From positions 2,463 through 66,462 of the forward strand of contig NZ_JBDNXK010000004.1 of NCBI RefSeq assembly GCF_047721705.1: DNA of 64,000 nucleotides, in the 5' to 3' direction. Source of the DNA: Acetobacter sp. (lineage in GTDB: Bacteria > Pseudomonadota > Alphaproteobacteria > Acetobacterales > Acetobacteraceae). Positions 26,561 to 35,751 of this stretch are shown one piece after another. A program made the translations under genes and the position numbers. The stretch's first letter is position 1, and each line of letters starts with the position of its first letter. The notes beneath the pieces are model-generated. The model was not told the origin of the DNA and made no database searches. It saw nothing but the letters and a program-made list of their open reading frames with translations.

Positions 26561-27976
26561 ATGAGCCTTCCCATTATGGGAATGATCCTTTTCCCGCTTT
26601 GTCTCCTGTTCTGGATGAACCCGGAGCGACAGATTCAGCTGGTTCTGATTGGAGGCATTTTCCCTGCCGCAGCAGCTCTGATCCTTGGTGGAATCTGTGT
26701 GCAACCGTCACTGGTGCCGGGGCTTGCCTTTCTGTCCTATGTGGCTTTGCAAAAAATACTTGGCGCACGGTATCCCGGTCAGAAGGAAGTCATGTACCTT
26801 TCGGGCCCCATGATCTTCAATGGCGTGTGGGCTGTATTCGGATCTCTTGTCATGCCGCGCCTGTTTCATAATCAGGTGCTTGTCTGGCCCCAGAAAGCAG
26901 ATGCAGCGGGCACTCAGGTTTTGCTGGCGCCCAGCTTCGGTAACATCAGTCAGGATGGCTATCTGGTTATCAATATCATTCTCATGGTGTTGGCAGCCCA
27001 ATATCTCACCCGCAACCAGATCGACATGAAGAAATTCTACGGCGCATTCGTCGTCGCTGGCTGGATGGTCGTGTTCATCTGCTTTTGGCAGTTCGCCGCT
27101 CGCACCGCCCACCTCCCATTCCCCAAGGAATTCTTCTATTCCAATACTGGCTGGGCTGTCCTCGACGGTCAGATGGCTGGCCCCGTTCCTCGCATCAACG
27201 GAAGCTTCACAGAACCGGCCGCCTGCGCCACCTATCTTACTGGCGTCATCTTTTCCAGCGTCTGGCTCACTCTCAAGGGCTACAAATTCCGCACGATCAA
27301 ACCTCTCATCATCGCGGCCACGCTGTCGCTGTGCATCACGACTTCCACCACAGGTTTCGCCGCTCTGGCAATCGGCATGATTCTTTTACCTTTCATGGTA
27401 GTCGCGACAGGGGCCGCCCGTCTTCTGGGCCGCCTGGGCCAGTTCGCCATGATCGGTGCAGTAGTTCTCGGCATGAGCACGCTGATCGTTGTTACATTTG
27501 CACCTCAGGTCGTCGCTGGCGTTCAGAAAGTGAGCGCAGACACAGCCAGCAAAAAAGACACTGCCTCTTACAAGGAACGTACACAGGCTGACACCGACGC
27601 CATAACCGCCTGCATGGAAACCTATGGTCTTGGAACAGGATGGGGTAGCAATCGTTCGTCCAGCCTTGTCCCTGGACTTCTGGCTTCGGTCGGCATCATC
27701 GGGTGCATTGCCCTGCTCATATTCGACGTACGCCTGATGCTGACAGCCAAGACAGCGCTGACCGTCGCGCCGGGTTCGGATTACTGTCTCGTCATAGAAG
27801 GGTTCATCGCGGCAATTCTCGGGCGCCTCATCGCCGCTCTCACGTCGGCTCCCACAATCGGCATGCCCGATTTCTATGTCATGATCGCCATTACGATCGC
27901 AGCCATTGCGCGGGTGCGCATGATGGCTCGCCAATCTGCAATTACTCCACAAGCGCCAACAGCTCTCGCCGCCTGA
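26561..27976 (+). CDS. O-antigen ligase / polysaccharide polymerase-like integral membrane protein (Wzy_C-like)
   Basis: At least 10 hydrophobic segments. The loop motif 'RINGSFTEPAACATYL' resembles the R-x-x-G-x-F-x-x-P-N signature of PF04932 proteins. ATG 26561 has 'AGAGG' 11 nt upstream; the track start is 26534. Confidence 0.65.
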   Translation: MSLPIMGMILFPLCLLFWMNPERQIQLVLIGGIFPAAAALILGGICVQPSLVPGLAFLSYVALQKILGARYPGQKEVMYLSGPMIFNGVWAVFGSLVMPRLFHNQVLVWPQKADAAGTQVLLAPSFGNISQDGYLVINIILMVLAAQYLTRNQIDMKKFYGAFVVAGWMVVFICFWQFAARTAHLPFPKEFFYSNTGWAVLDGQMAGPVPRINGSFTEPAACATYLTGVIFSSVWLTLKGYKFRTIKPLIIAATLSLCITTSTTGFAALAIGMILLPFMVVATGAARLLGRLGQFAMIGAVVLGMSTLIVVTFAPQVVAGVQKVSADTASKKDTASYKERTQADTDAITACMETYGLGTGWGSNRSSSLVPGLLASVGIIGCIALLIFDVRLMLTAKTALTVAPGSDYCLVIEGFIAAILGRLIAALTSAPTIGMPDFYVMIAITIAAIARVRMMARQSAITPQAPTALAA

Positions 27977-28092
27977 TTACAGGAATAAAGTGGCCATCAA
28001 TTTTCTACACGAGAGAACTGGGTGAAATTACTCTCATCCCAAAGCGGGTGGCCGTGAACATGTGTCTCGGCCACCATGCAGGACTTATACCC

Positions 28093-29118
28093 CTACGACC
28101 AGGAAACCTCCGGCAGGAAGGGAGGATCAATTCTCGTCACTGACCGGGAAGCAAGCCCAAATCGTTTACGCATTTTGGCAACGACGTTTTTGAAAATATA
28201 AATGCCCCAATTCAGATATGTCGCAGGCTTTACTTTGTAAAAATTCGAGAAAGAAGCTTTGGGATCACCAAACCTTGCTGAATCGATGACATGTTTAAGT
28301 AGGTACGACTGATATTTTTTCTCGATCAGATCGATGATCCGACTATCGGGACGATCATTACGGGAAACATAAAAATCCAGAAGCTTTTTCGTTGCTGGCA
28401 GCAATTGCCGCGTGGGGATATCCACCTGCGAAAGAGAATCATCTCTCACTGAATACATGTATAAAGCATCCGGGATCACACGAAATTTTGCCCCAGACAT
28501 AATGATACAAGAATAAATCAGGGAGTCTTCCCCAAGAGTAATATCTTTATCATAAGAAATACTTTGCCTTTCCATGAATTCCTTCCGGAAAAGCGGTTTC
28601 ATATAGGATAAAGACAAGGTACCCTGAAGACCGGGCCAGTCCGTGGAAAAATACCTTAAAATATCGATATCTTTTCCATAATCCATCCATTCGCTTCGGA
28701 ACGCATGGCTTTCCCGTCCGGTATCCAGATTTGCAACAACGAGCTGGTCCCCCAACATATCGAGACCATCCCGCTCCATGTGTTTCACCATGATATCCAG
28801 ACGCTCTTTTTTCCACCCATCGTCTGAATCTATGATGGCGATATATTTTCCTTTTGAGTGTTTTATTCCAACGTTTCTTGTTGCCGAGACACCAAGATTT
28901 CTCTCATTTTCATAATATGAAACACGCTTATCTGCTTCACACAGTTTCAGCGATTTCTCTTTCGTGTCATCACGGGATGCGTCATTGACAATAATAACTT
29001 CAAAAGAAGTCATCGTCTGGTCTAAAACGGAACGAACAGCCTTTTCAATGAAGCGACCAGCATTGTAGGCTGGAACAATCACTGAAACCAGACAATCGTT
29101 TTCGTTACTCTCACCCAT
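28093..29118 (-). CDS. Glycosyltransferase family 2
   Basis: 'VSVIVPAYNAGRFIEKAVRSVLDQTMTSFEVIIVNDASRDDT' and 'YIAIIDSDD' (DxD). The gene is conspicuously AT-rich. Confidence 0.9.
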   Translation of the reverse strand: MGESNENDCLVSVIVPAYNAGRFIEKAVRSVLDQTMTSFEVIIVNDASRDDTKEKSLKLCEADKRVSYYENERNLGVSATRNVGIKHSKGKYIAIIDSDDGWKKERLDIMVKHMERDGLDMLGDQLVVANLDTGRESHAFRSEWMDYGKDIDILRYFSTDWPGLQGTLSLSYMKPLFRKEFMERQSISYDKDITLGEDSLIYSCIIMSGAKFRVIPDALYMYSVRDDSLSQVDIPTRQLLPATKKLLDFYVSRNDRPDSRIIDLIEKKYQSYLLKHVIDSARFGDPKASFSNFYKVKPATYLNWGIYIFKNVVAKMRKRFGLASRSVTRIDPPFLPEVSWS

Positions 29119-29222
29119 GAAACACCCTGAAATCTAGAAGAACAAAAAACGTAAAACCCACCAAATCAATCGGAACGGGAATATCAACTCGATACTTATT
29201 GCCCTGAATCCACACAGAAAAC

Positions 29223-29258
29223 CATCCAGCCTTCAGAAGAACCGCTACATCCAGCCTT
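29223..29258. repeat. 11-bp direct repeat CATCCAGCCTT x2 (25-bp period)
   Basis: Copies at 29223-29233 and 29248-29258, inside the 357-bp AT-rich divergent intergenic region. Confidence 0.6.
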
Positions 29259-29475
29259 ATCAGATTACCTCAACTGGCTTCACGTGCAGACTGGAGACAC
29301 CTTGAATGGCGCATGTGACCGTCGATTACGCTTGTTTCATTATCTTACAAAAAATATCCGCATACCAAAAATGCGGAATAGCCTGATGTCCAATATTATA
29401 TTCTAGAACAGAAAATATGTAACATGCACACAATTATCGCTACCAACCAGAAAAACAGACAGAGTAAAAATTAGT

Positions 29476-30426
29476 ATGAAATATCGCCTTCTCCTGTGCG
29501 CCCTCGGGTTTGTAACATGCGCGCAGATCGCGCGGGCTGACGACAGTCCCGCAATTCAGGCCACTCTCAATGCATGTTATGCCGGAACCGGCTCCTGCGA
29601 CATCGACTTGCAGGGCGCGCGTAAAACCATTGGCACAACACTAAAAATCGATCCTGAATACGTCACGCTACGCAATGCGACTTTCGACTGCGAAATGACA
29701 TCCGGCTCCTGTCTCTACGTTTCTCAGGAAGGCTTTACGCATAACACCCATCGTGGCTCCAACCGTTTGGAAGGTCTTGCACTCTACGGCAACAAATCCA
29801 TCGACGGGATCACCATGAATTATTCTGTCACCAATGATTATGTGACGGATGCAGCCACGACGCTGTTCAATGTCTCCCTGCAGGGCTTCAATCATGGCCT
29901 CGTCCTTGGAAGTGGCGTATGGGGTGCGGATATGCATGGCGTCCTTATCGGCAATGGCAATGTGGGTATCTACATCCCACCGGGCACGAAAGACGCTGGC
30001 GAGCTCTCAACTTTTGTTGGTGGCACAATCTATAACAATGCTGTTGCCGGGCTGGACGAAGAATCAAACGTCGAACTGACTTTTGTGGGAACACGTTTCG
30101 ACTTCAATAACCAGCAGATGATTCTCAATGGGCCGACAACATTTTCTGGCCATATTGAAAACACTCAGAACGGCAAACCGGAGATCGTCCTCAAAGCCCT
30201 TCCCGGTGTGCCTGCCGGCTCAATCTATATGAGTGCTGGCACAACCATCACCGTCGATGGATGGAACGCCAGTTCGCCTCAGCAGCCGTGCTATATCCAG
30301 ACTTCCCTTGCTTGGAACCGCATTGTGGTTCCGGCGACATTGTGGGGATTCGGCGGCACACAGGGTGCCGTATGCGGACCGGGCAAGGTCGTCACATGGG
30401 ACCGTCAGGCACCGGACTTCCAGTAA
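29476..30426 (+). CDS. Secreted right-handed beta-helix (pectate-lyase-fold) protein, possible glycanase
   Basis: Signal peptide 'LLLCALGFVTCAQIARA/DD'. N-terminal 'DDSPAIQATLNAC' resembles Pectate_lyase_3/GH28-related proteins. Rung-like repeats are visible ('NVSLQGFNHGLVLG', 'GVLIGNGNVGIYI', 'GGTIYNNAVAGL'). Several Cys residues are present. Confidence 0.6.
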   Translation: MKYRLLLCALGFVTCAQIARADDSPAIQATLNACYAGTGSCDIDLQGARKTIGTTLKIDPEYVTLRNATFDCEMTSGSCLYVSQEGFTHNTHRGSNRLEGLALYGNKSIDGITMNYSVTNDYVTDAATTLFNVSLQGFNHGLVLGSGVWGADMHGVLIGNGNVGIYIPPGTKDAGELSTFVGGTIYNNAVAGLDEESNVELTFVGTRFDFNNQQMILNGPTTFSGHIENTQNGKPEIVLKALPGVPAGSIYMSAGTTITVDGWNASSPQQPCYIQTSLAWNRIVVPATLWGFGGTQGAVCGPGKVVTWDRQAPDFQ

Positions 30427-30490
30427 TTTTCTGATACTCATTTCACGAACGGCATCGTCAGAAATGGCGTAATTGACAGTATCATATTAC

Positions 30491-30532
30491 GGATCATTCC
30501 AATTTCTGGGCAGTTGGGATGATCCAATTTTT
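30491..30532 (+). terminator. Rho-independent terminator after the beta-helix gene
   Basis: GGATCATTCCAA-N11-TTGGGATGATCC forms a 12-bp stem with one mismatch, followed by AATTTTTG. Confidence 0.6.
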
Positions 30533-30599
30533 GTGGTGCCATTTCCCTTAATGAGCGCCCTGCACAAAACAAACCTTTTTTTCTTATCGTTTCAAAGGC

Positions 30600-32507
30600 A
30601 TGAGGCTCCCAACTTCACAACGGGAGACTCGCCGCGTGCGCCGCTTCACCCTCATCGCGTTTGGCGCGGCCGGTCTGGCCGTCGCAGCAAGCGCGGCCGG
30701 ACTGTTTACTCTTTCCCATATGGATCTCGCCGCCTTTGCGACGAAAAAACTGACACAGACAACGGGACGCCCCGTACATATCGGCAGTCTCCACGTCTCG
30801 CCGGGACGCTGGCTGACAGTGGACGTCGACGATCTAAGCATCGCCAACATTCCCACCGGCAGCCGTCCGCAAATGATCACGCTGGGACACCTGCACACGC
30901 AGGTTCGCCTGATGTCCCTGTTCCATGGCCCTGCCGAAACCCGCGATCTCATCCTGACGAATTTCTCCGGCCTGTTCGAACGCACGCCGGATCGCACACC
31001 GAACTGGCGCTTCGGATCAAAGCCAGCAGAAAAATCTCAGGAAAAACCCAGAAAACCGGCTCCCGCTGACACAAGCTGGTTTCCGGGTCTGCGGCAGGCC
31101 ACCATCAAAGGCAGCGAGATCATCTACCGCTCGGCCAATGGCCATTCCTATCGTGTTGGACTGGATAACGTCGCCATCACATCAGCCAGCGATACGGCTC
31201 CTGTGGAAATGACCGTCGACGGTTCCTACAACGGCACACCCATCGCACTCACTGCCCATATGGGCCCCCTGACGATCTTGCGGGAAGCAAACAAGCCTCT
31301 CCCCACCAAACTTCATGCCTCGTCAGGCGATCTGACCGTCGATCTTGATGGCGCAATGACGGACCTGATGGATTTTGACGGCGTGGATGGCAAACTTTCG
31401 CTGAACACGCCGACATCCGCACCACTCATGGCCTTTGCGGGAGAACCCGCCAGCACCTTCGTCATGGCGCTTGGTCTGACAGGCCAGTTTCATCATGCCG
31501 GGGACGTCTGGCACATTGCACAGGGAAAAGGACGGCTGGGTAACAACCCCATCGACAGTGCCGACCTTACCTTCACCGAAGGAAAACCGGGAGCGCCTGA
31601 TAGTCTGACTGGCGAAATAAGCTTTGCGAAACTCGATCTGAACAGTCTGCTCCCCACCACCAAGAGCAGCCCGAAGCCCGAAAGCCATACCGATATTCCG
31701 CTCATCGTGCCGGCAAAGCCCGATCCGCTGTTCGATCTGCGCCTGTCCGCCGGCTCTGTGCGCTATAATGCGCTTGAGTTTTCCAACGCCGCTCTCACCA
31801 TTCGGCAACAACCGAACCGTATCGACGTCCCCTCCTTCCATCTCGGCTGGCTTGGTGCGTCTCTTCAGGCTTCGGGAAATCTCACCGCCCATCCGCAAGG
31901 CTCCAGCCTTACTGCCGCCATCGACGTGACCGGCGCGGACATTGACCGTTTCCGAAAACAGGCCGGGCTGGCTCCAGTGCCGGTCAATGGCGCCCTTTCC
32001 TTTCGGGTCCGCGCCAGCGCCACGGGGGCGCACACTCTCAATGAAGCCTCACGCAAGGCCGATCTGGAAGCTGTCGTCGGAATGAACAGCGGCACGATCA
32101 ACCGGCAGGTGATCGATATCGCCTCAACCAATGTCGGGCTCCTATTTCACAAGAATACCGGCACCACCCCCATCACCTGCCTTCTCGGCGCGCTCACACT
32201 GCATCAGGGCATGGGAACGGTCGTGCCGCTCCGCATCGTCACACCAGCAGGCTCCATCATTGGCGAGGCAATGTTCAATCTCGACCGCCGCTGGTTCGAA
32301 CTGGCTTTCCAGAGTGAGGCTCCGGGTATGCTGGCACTGGACATTCCCATTAGAGTCAGCGGTCCGTTCAGCAACCCTTCCATCGGACTGGCAGGATGGT
32401 CGGCACGCGGGCGTGCCTTGCTGAAAGGAGCACGTGCGACAAACAGCCTTCCACCAACGATTTCCTCTTTTTCCGTGGGGAGCGCCTGCCTGAAAACACC
32501 TCATTGA
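30600..32507 (+). CDS. AsmA family protein
   Basis: N-terminal anchor 'RRFTLIAFGAAGLAVAASAAGLF'. 'AAFATKKLTQTTGRPVHIGSLHVSP...VDVDDLSIANIP' is typical of the AsmA N-terminus. A long beta-rich body follows. Confidence 0.8.
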   Translation: MRLPTSQRETRRVRRFTLIAFGAAGLAVAASAAGLFTLSHMDLAAFATKKLTQTTGRPVHIGSLHVSPGRWLTVDVDDLSIANIPTGSRPQMITLGHLHTQVRLMSLFHGPAETRDLILTNFSGLFERTPDRTPNWRFGSKPAEKSQEKPRKPAPADTSWFPGLRQATIKGSEIIYRSANGHSYRVGLDNVAITSASDTAPVEMTVDGSYNGTPIALTAHMGPLTILREANKPLPTKLHASSGDLTVDLDGAMTDLMDFDGVDGKLSLNTPTSAPLMAFAGEPASTFVMALGLTGQFHHAGDVWHIAQGKGRLGNNPIDSADLTFTEGKPGAPDSLTGEISFAKLDLNSLLPTTKSSPKPESHTDIPLIVPAKPDPLFDLRLSAGSVRYNALEFSNAALTIRQQPNRIDVPSFHLGWLGASLQASGNLTAHPQGSSLTAAIDVTGADIDRFRKQAGLAPVPVNGALSFRVRASATGAHTLNEASRKADLEAVVGMNSGTINRQVIDIASTNVGLLFHKNTGTTPITCLLGALTLHQGMGTVVPLRIVTPAGSIIGEAMFNLDRRWFELAFQSEAPGMLALDIPIRVSGPFSNPSIGLAGWSARGRALLKGARATNSLPPTISSFSVGSACLKTPH

Positions 32508-32546
32508 GAGATGAGCGGATACCTCAACTCCGCGTGAGCGTGTATA

Positions 32547-34259
32547 ATGCCGGACATGACGGAAGAGCACCCAGAAAACCCGGACCGCCGCCTTGCCCTT
32601 TCCTCCATTGCCGCCTTGGGAACCCTTGGTTTCAGCGCCGCGGCTCAGGCTGATACGGTCAAGGCGCGCGCACCGGATACCAACCGGACGAACGAACCCA
32701 ATGCCTCCCATCCGTCGCCTGCCGATCAGCCCGGCGTGGCTTCAAGGCCAGTCGTGAAGACCCAGAGCGACATCTTCTATCGCCCTACCCTGCATTTCTC
32801 GCCTGTCACCGGGTTCATGAACGATCCCAATGGGCTGCTTTTCGACGGCACGCAGTATCATCTCTATTATCAGTATGATCCGTTCGCGCCTTACGCGGGG
32901 CGGGTTCACTGGGGCCACGCAACCAGCACCGATCTGCTGCATTGGAAAGACCAGCCCATCGCCATTCCCGAGACGAAGGATGGTGAGGCCTATAGCGGCT
33001 GCGCGGTGCTGGATACGAAAAATGCATCCGGACTGTTCGAAGGCGAAAAAGGCGGAATCCTTGCGCTTTACACGCGCGCCAGCCCGACCCGACAGGCACA
33101 GTATCTCGCAGCCAGCCATGATGGCGGCCTGACCTTCACAGAATATACCCACAATCCCATTCTGGACATCGGCAGCAACTCGTTCCGTGATCCGCAGGTG
33201 ATCTTTCACCAGCCCAGCGGCCAGTGGGTCATGGTGGTGGCGAAATCGCGGCTGCACCAGATTGCCTTCTATGCGTCCATAGATCTGATCCACTGGGTGC
33301 ATCTCAGCGATTTCGGCCCATCCGGTCTTTTCGGTGTCGATTACGAATGTCCCAACCTGATTCAGGTGCCGCTGGAAGGTGGCGGCTCACGGTGGGTGCT
33401 GTTCGTGTCCGTCAATCCCGGTGGCCCCACGGGCGGAAGCATCACGCAGTATTTTGTCGGTGAGTTCGACGGAACGCGCTTTATCCCGGACGACACGGTG
33501 ATCGGCCTGACAGACTTCGCCAAAGACGCCTATGCTCTTCAGGTCTACAGCAACATGCCGCAGGGGGAGGCTGTCTCCATCGCGTGGCTGGGCAACTGGC
33601 AATACTGTCAGGAACTACCGACACAAAGCTGGCGTGGGGTCATGACGCTGCCCCGGACCATGATTCTCCGGCGCGACTTCGCAGGATGGATACGACTGGC
33701 GCAGATGCCGCGGGGGATCGAAGCCCTGCGTGGAACCGCCATCCCCTTCCCGGTCAAACGTATCGCCGCTGGCTCCAGCGCGCAGATCGCTCTGCCAGTC
33801 GGGACAGCGCTCGAACTGTTCATGAGTGTGACTGTCGATGAGCGCCCCCATGATCTTCCCCTTGGCGACAAAGGGCGGACAGGCCGCTTCGTCATCGTGT
33901 TCGGTAACGAACAGGGGGAATCGCTGACCATCGGGTTCGACGCATTTTCGGGCCAACTCTGGCTGGACCGAAACGATCTGCACGGATTTGAACAGCCTTT
34001 CTTCACAGGGCAATTCTCTACGGTGCTCAATCCGGATGACCGTCATTTCGATATCCGTATCGTGCTGGATGCCTGCTCACTGGAAATTTTCGCCAATGGT
34101 GGCCTGTCGGTGGGAACAGCCCTGATTTTCCCCAGCAATCCGCTCGATTTTCTGCGGCTGGAAGTGAGTGGAGCGGCGGCGACCGTGGATAAGCTTATGC
34201 TGTATCCCCTCCAGAAAACCATGACACGGGAGACTGCGGTTTCAATGCCTCCCGGCTAG
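32547..34259 (+). CDS. Exported glycoside hydrolase family 32 (beta-fructofuranosidase / levanase-type)
   Basis: Twin-arginine leader 'DRRLALSSIAALGTLGFSAAAQA'. The GH32 catalytic motifs are all present: 'FMNDPNGL', 'FRDPQV' (RDP) and 'YECPNL' (EC). A beta-sandwich C-terminal domain follows. Confidence 0.92.
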   Translation: MPDMTEEHPENPDRRLALSSIAALGTLGFSAAAQADTVKARAPDTNRTNEPNASHPSPADQPGVASRPVVKTQSDIFYRPTLHFSPVTGFMNDPNGLLFDGTQYHLYYQYDPFAPYAGRVHWGHATSTDLLHWKDQPIAIPETKDGEAYSGCAVLDTKNASGLFEGEKGGILALYTRASPTRQAQYLAASHDGGLTFTEYTHNPILDIGSNSFRDPQVIFHQPSGQWVMVVAKSRLHQIAFYASIDLIHWVHLSDFGPSGLFGVDYECPNLIQVPLEGGGSRWVLFVSVNPGGPTGGSITQYFVGEFDGTRFIPDDTVIGLTDFAKDAYALQVYSNMPQGEAVSIAWLGNWQYCQELPTQSWRGVMTLPRTMILRRDFAGWIRLAQMPRGIEALRGTAIPFPVKRIAAGSSAQIALPVGTALELFMSVTVDERPHDLPLGDKGRTGRFVIVFGNEQGESLTIGFDAFSGQLWLDRNDLHGFEQPFFTGQFSTVLNPDDRHFDIRIVLDACSLEIFANGGLSVGTALIFPSNPLDFLRLEVSGAAATVDKLMLYPLQKTMTRETAVSMPPG

Positions 34260-34337
34260 ACTGGCAGGCCTATCCATTACCGGGAACGGTTGACTAGACA
34301 GGTCATCTCTGGCGATAACCACCACTCCCTTTTCGGG

Positions 34338-34396
34338 ACCTCGTGATTTGTATGGCCGGCTTGCGGCGAGGTTAAAGAAACGCGCTAAAGAGGCTC
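34338..34396 (+). promoter_or_regulatory. SAM-II (metA-type) riboswitch candidate in the metZ leader
   Basis: 'CCUCGUGAUUUGUAUGGCCGGCUUGCGGCGAGGUUAAAGAAACGCGCUAAAGAGGCU' contains the elements I associate with RF00521: GAUUU, GGCUUGC, GUUAAAG, GCGCUAAAG and a closing GCU. A CUGGCGG-gaucaug-CCGCCAG hairpin followed by GUUU comes next (34396-34420). Confidence 0.5.
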
Positions 34397-34491
34397 TGGC
34401 GGGATCATGCCGCCAGGTTTCCACGGTCGACGTCCCGCGCGGAGGATGGCAATCCCACTCTGCCACGGACAGAACGGAACCGAGACCGATC

Positions 34492-35730
34492 ATGACTGAT
34501 AATTCTCTCCGCACCACCGCTCCCGAAGTCGCTGCCAAATGGCGCACGGCGACACGCCTGATTCATGGCGAGGTCGAGCGCACCCCCTATGGCGAGACGA
34601 GCGAAGCCCTCTTCCTCACCTCCGGCTTTGCCTATGATAGCGCCGAGCAGGCAGCCGCCACCTTCACCGGCGAAGTCTCGCATTACCAGTATTCCCGCTT
34701 CGGCAACCCGACGGTCGATGCGCTTCAGCGCCGCCTCGCGGACCTCGAAGGCGCGGAAGCCTGCATCTGCACGGCGACCGGCATGGGCGCTGTTTCCTCC
34801 GCGCTTCTGGCGCATGTGAAGACAGGCGACCGTGTCGTTGCTTCCCGCGCGCTGTTCGGTTCCTGTCATTGGATCGTCGCCAACCTTCTCCCGCAATATG
34901 GTGTGGAGACAGTGTTCGTGGACGGTGACGACCTCAACGCATGGAGCGAGGCGCTCAGCAAGCCCACAGCTGCCGTCCTGCTGGAAAGCCCATCCAACCC
35001 GATGCTCGACGTTCTGGACATCAGCGCCATCAGTGAACGCGCCCACAAGGCCGGTGCGATCGTGATCGTGGACAATGTGTTCGCCTCGCCGGTGTATCAG
35101 AAGCCACTGGAACTCGGCGCGGACGTGGTGGTCTATTCCTGCACCAAGCATATTGACGGTCAGGGCCGCGTGCTGGGTGGCGCGATCCTCGGCCGCAAGG
35201 ACTGGATCAACGACACGGTTCTGCCCTTCACGCGCAACACCGGCAACGCGCTGTCCCCCTTCAATGCGTGGGTCATGCTCAAGGGGCTGGAAACGCTGAA
35301 CCTCCGCGTGGACGCCATGACCCGCAATGCCGCCGCCGTTGCCGACTGGCTGGCGGAAGCGCCGGGTATCGTCAGCGTGCGTTATCCGGGCCGCAAGGAC
35401 CATCCGCAGCACGAACTGGCGGCACGTCAGATGAGCGGTTTCGGCTCGCTGGTGGCCTTCGAGGTTGCGGGCGGCAAGGAGGGAGCCTTCGCGTTCCTCA
35501 ACGCCCTGCGCGTGATCCTGATCTCCAACAATCTGGGGGATGCCCGCTCGCTTGCCACCCACCCGGCAACGACGACACACATGAAGATCGGTGCGGAAGA
35601 GCGCGCAAAACTCGGTATTTCCGATGGCGCCATCCGCCTGTCCGTGGGATTGGAAGACCCTGCGGACCTCATCGAGGATCTCGCCCGTGGTGTTGCGGCT
35701 CTGAAAGAGCGCGGCTTCACGGCCAACTGA
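34492..35730 (+). CDS. metZ: O-succinylhomoserine sulfhydrylase (Cys/Met PLP-dependent family)
   Basis: 'TRLIHGEVERTPYGETSEALFLTSGFAYDSAEQAAATF', 'YSRFGNPTV', and 'SCTKHIDGQGRVLGGAI' (PLP lysine). ATG 34492 gives 412 aa. The longer TTG-started track ORF would run through the leader. Confidence 0.88.
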   Translation: MTDNSLRTTAPEVAAKWRTATRLIHGEVERTPYGETSEALFLTSGFAYDSAEQAAATFTGEVSHYQYSRFGNPTVDALQRRLADLEGAEACICTATGMGAVSSALLAHVKTGDRVVASRALFGSCHWIVANLLPQYGVETVFVDGDDLNAWSEALSKPTAAVLLESPSNPMLDVLDISAISERAHKAGAIVIVDNVFASPVYQKPLELGADVVVYSCTKHIDGQGRVLGGAILGRKDWINDTVLPFTRNTGNALSPFNAWVMLKGLETLNLRVDAMTRNAAAVADWLAEAPGIVSVRYPGRKDHPQHELAARQMSGFGSLVAFEVAGGKEGAFAFLNALRVILISNNLGDARSLATHPATTTHMKIGAEERAKLGISDGAIRLSVGLEDPADLIEDLARGVAALKERGFTAN

Positions 35731-35751
35731 TAGCAGGAGCGACGACCCACC

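Noticed and set aside
28048-28073. GTGGCCG-N12-CGGCCAC hairpin between the convergent Wzy-like and GT2 genes
   Set aside because: No U-tract on either strand. It could be a weak terminator, but the sequence alone does not support the call.
29296-29376. 26-aa ORF (MAHVTVDYACFIILQKISAYQKCGIA) in the GT2/beta-helix intergenic region
   Set aside because: Too short, with no RBS. It overlaps the hairpin and is most likely non-coding.
34405-35580. 391-aa - strand ORF
   Set aside because: It is antisense to metZ, which carries the PLP-lysine motif. No motifs of its own.
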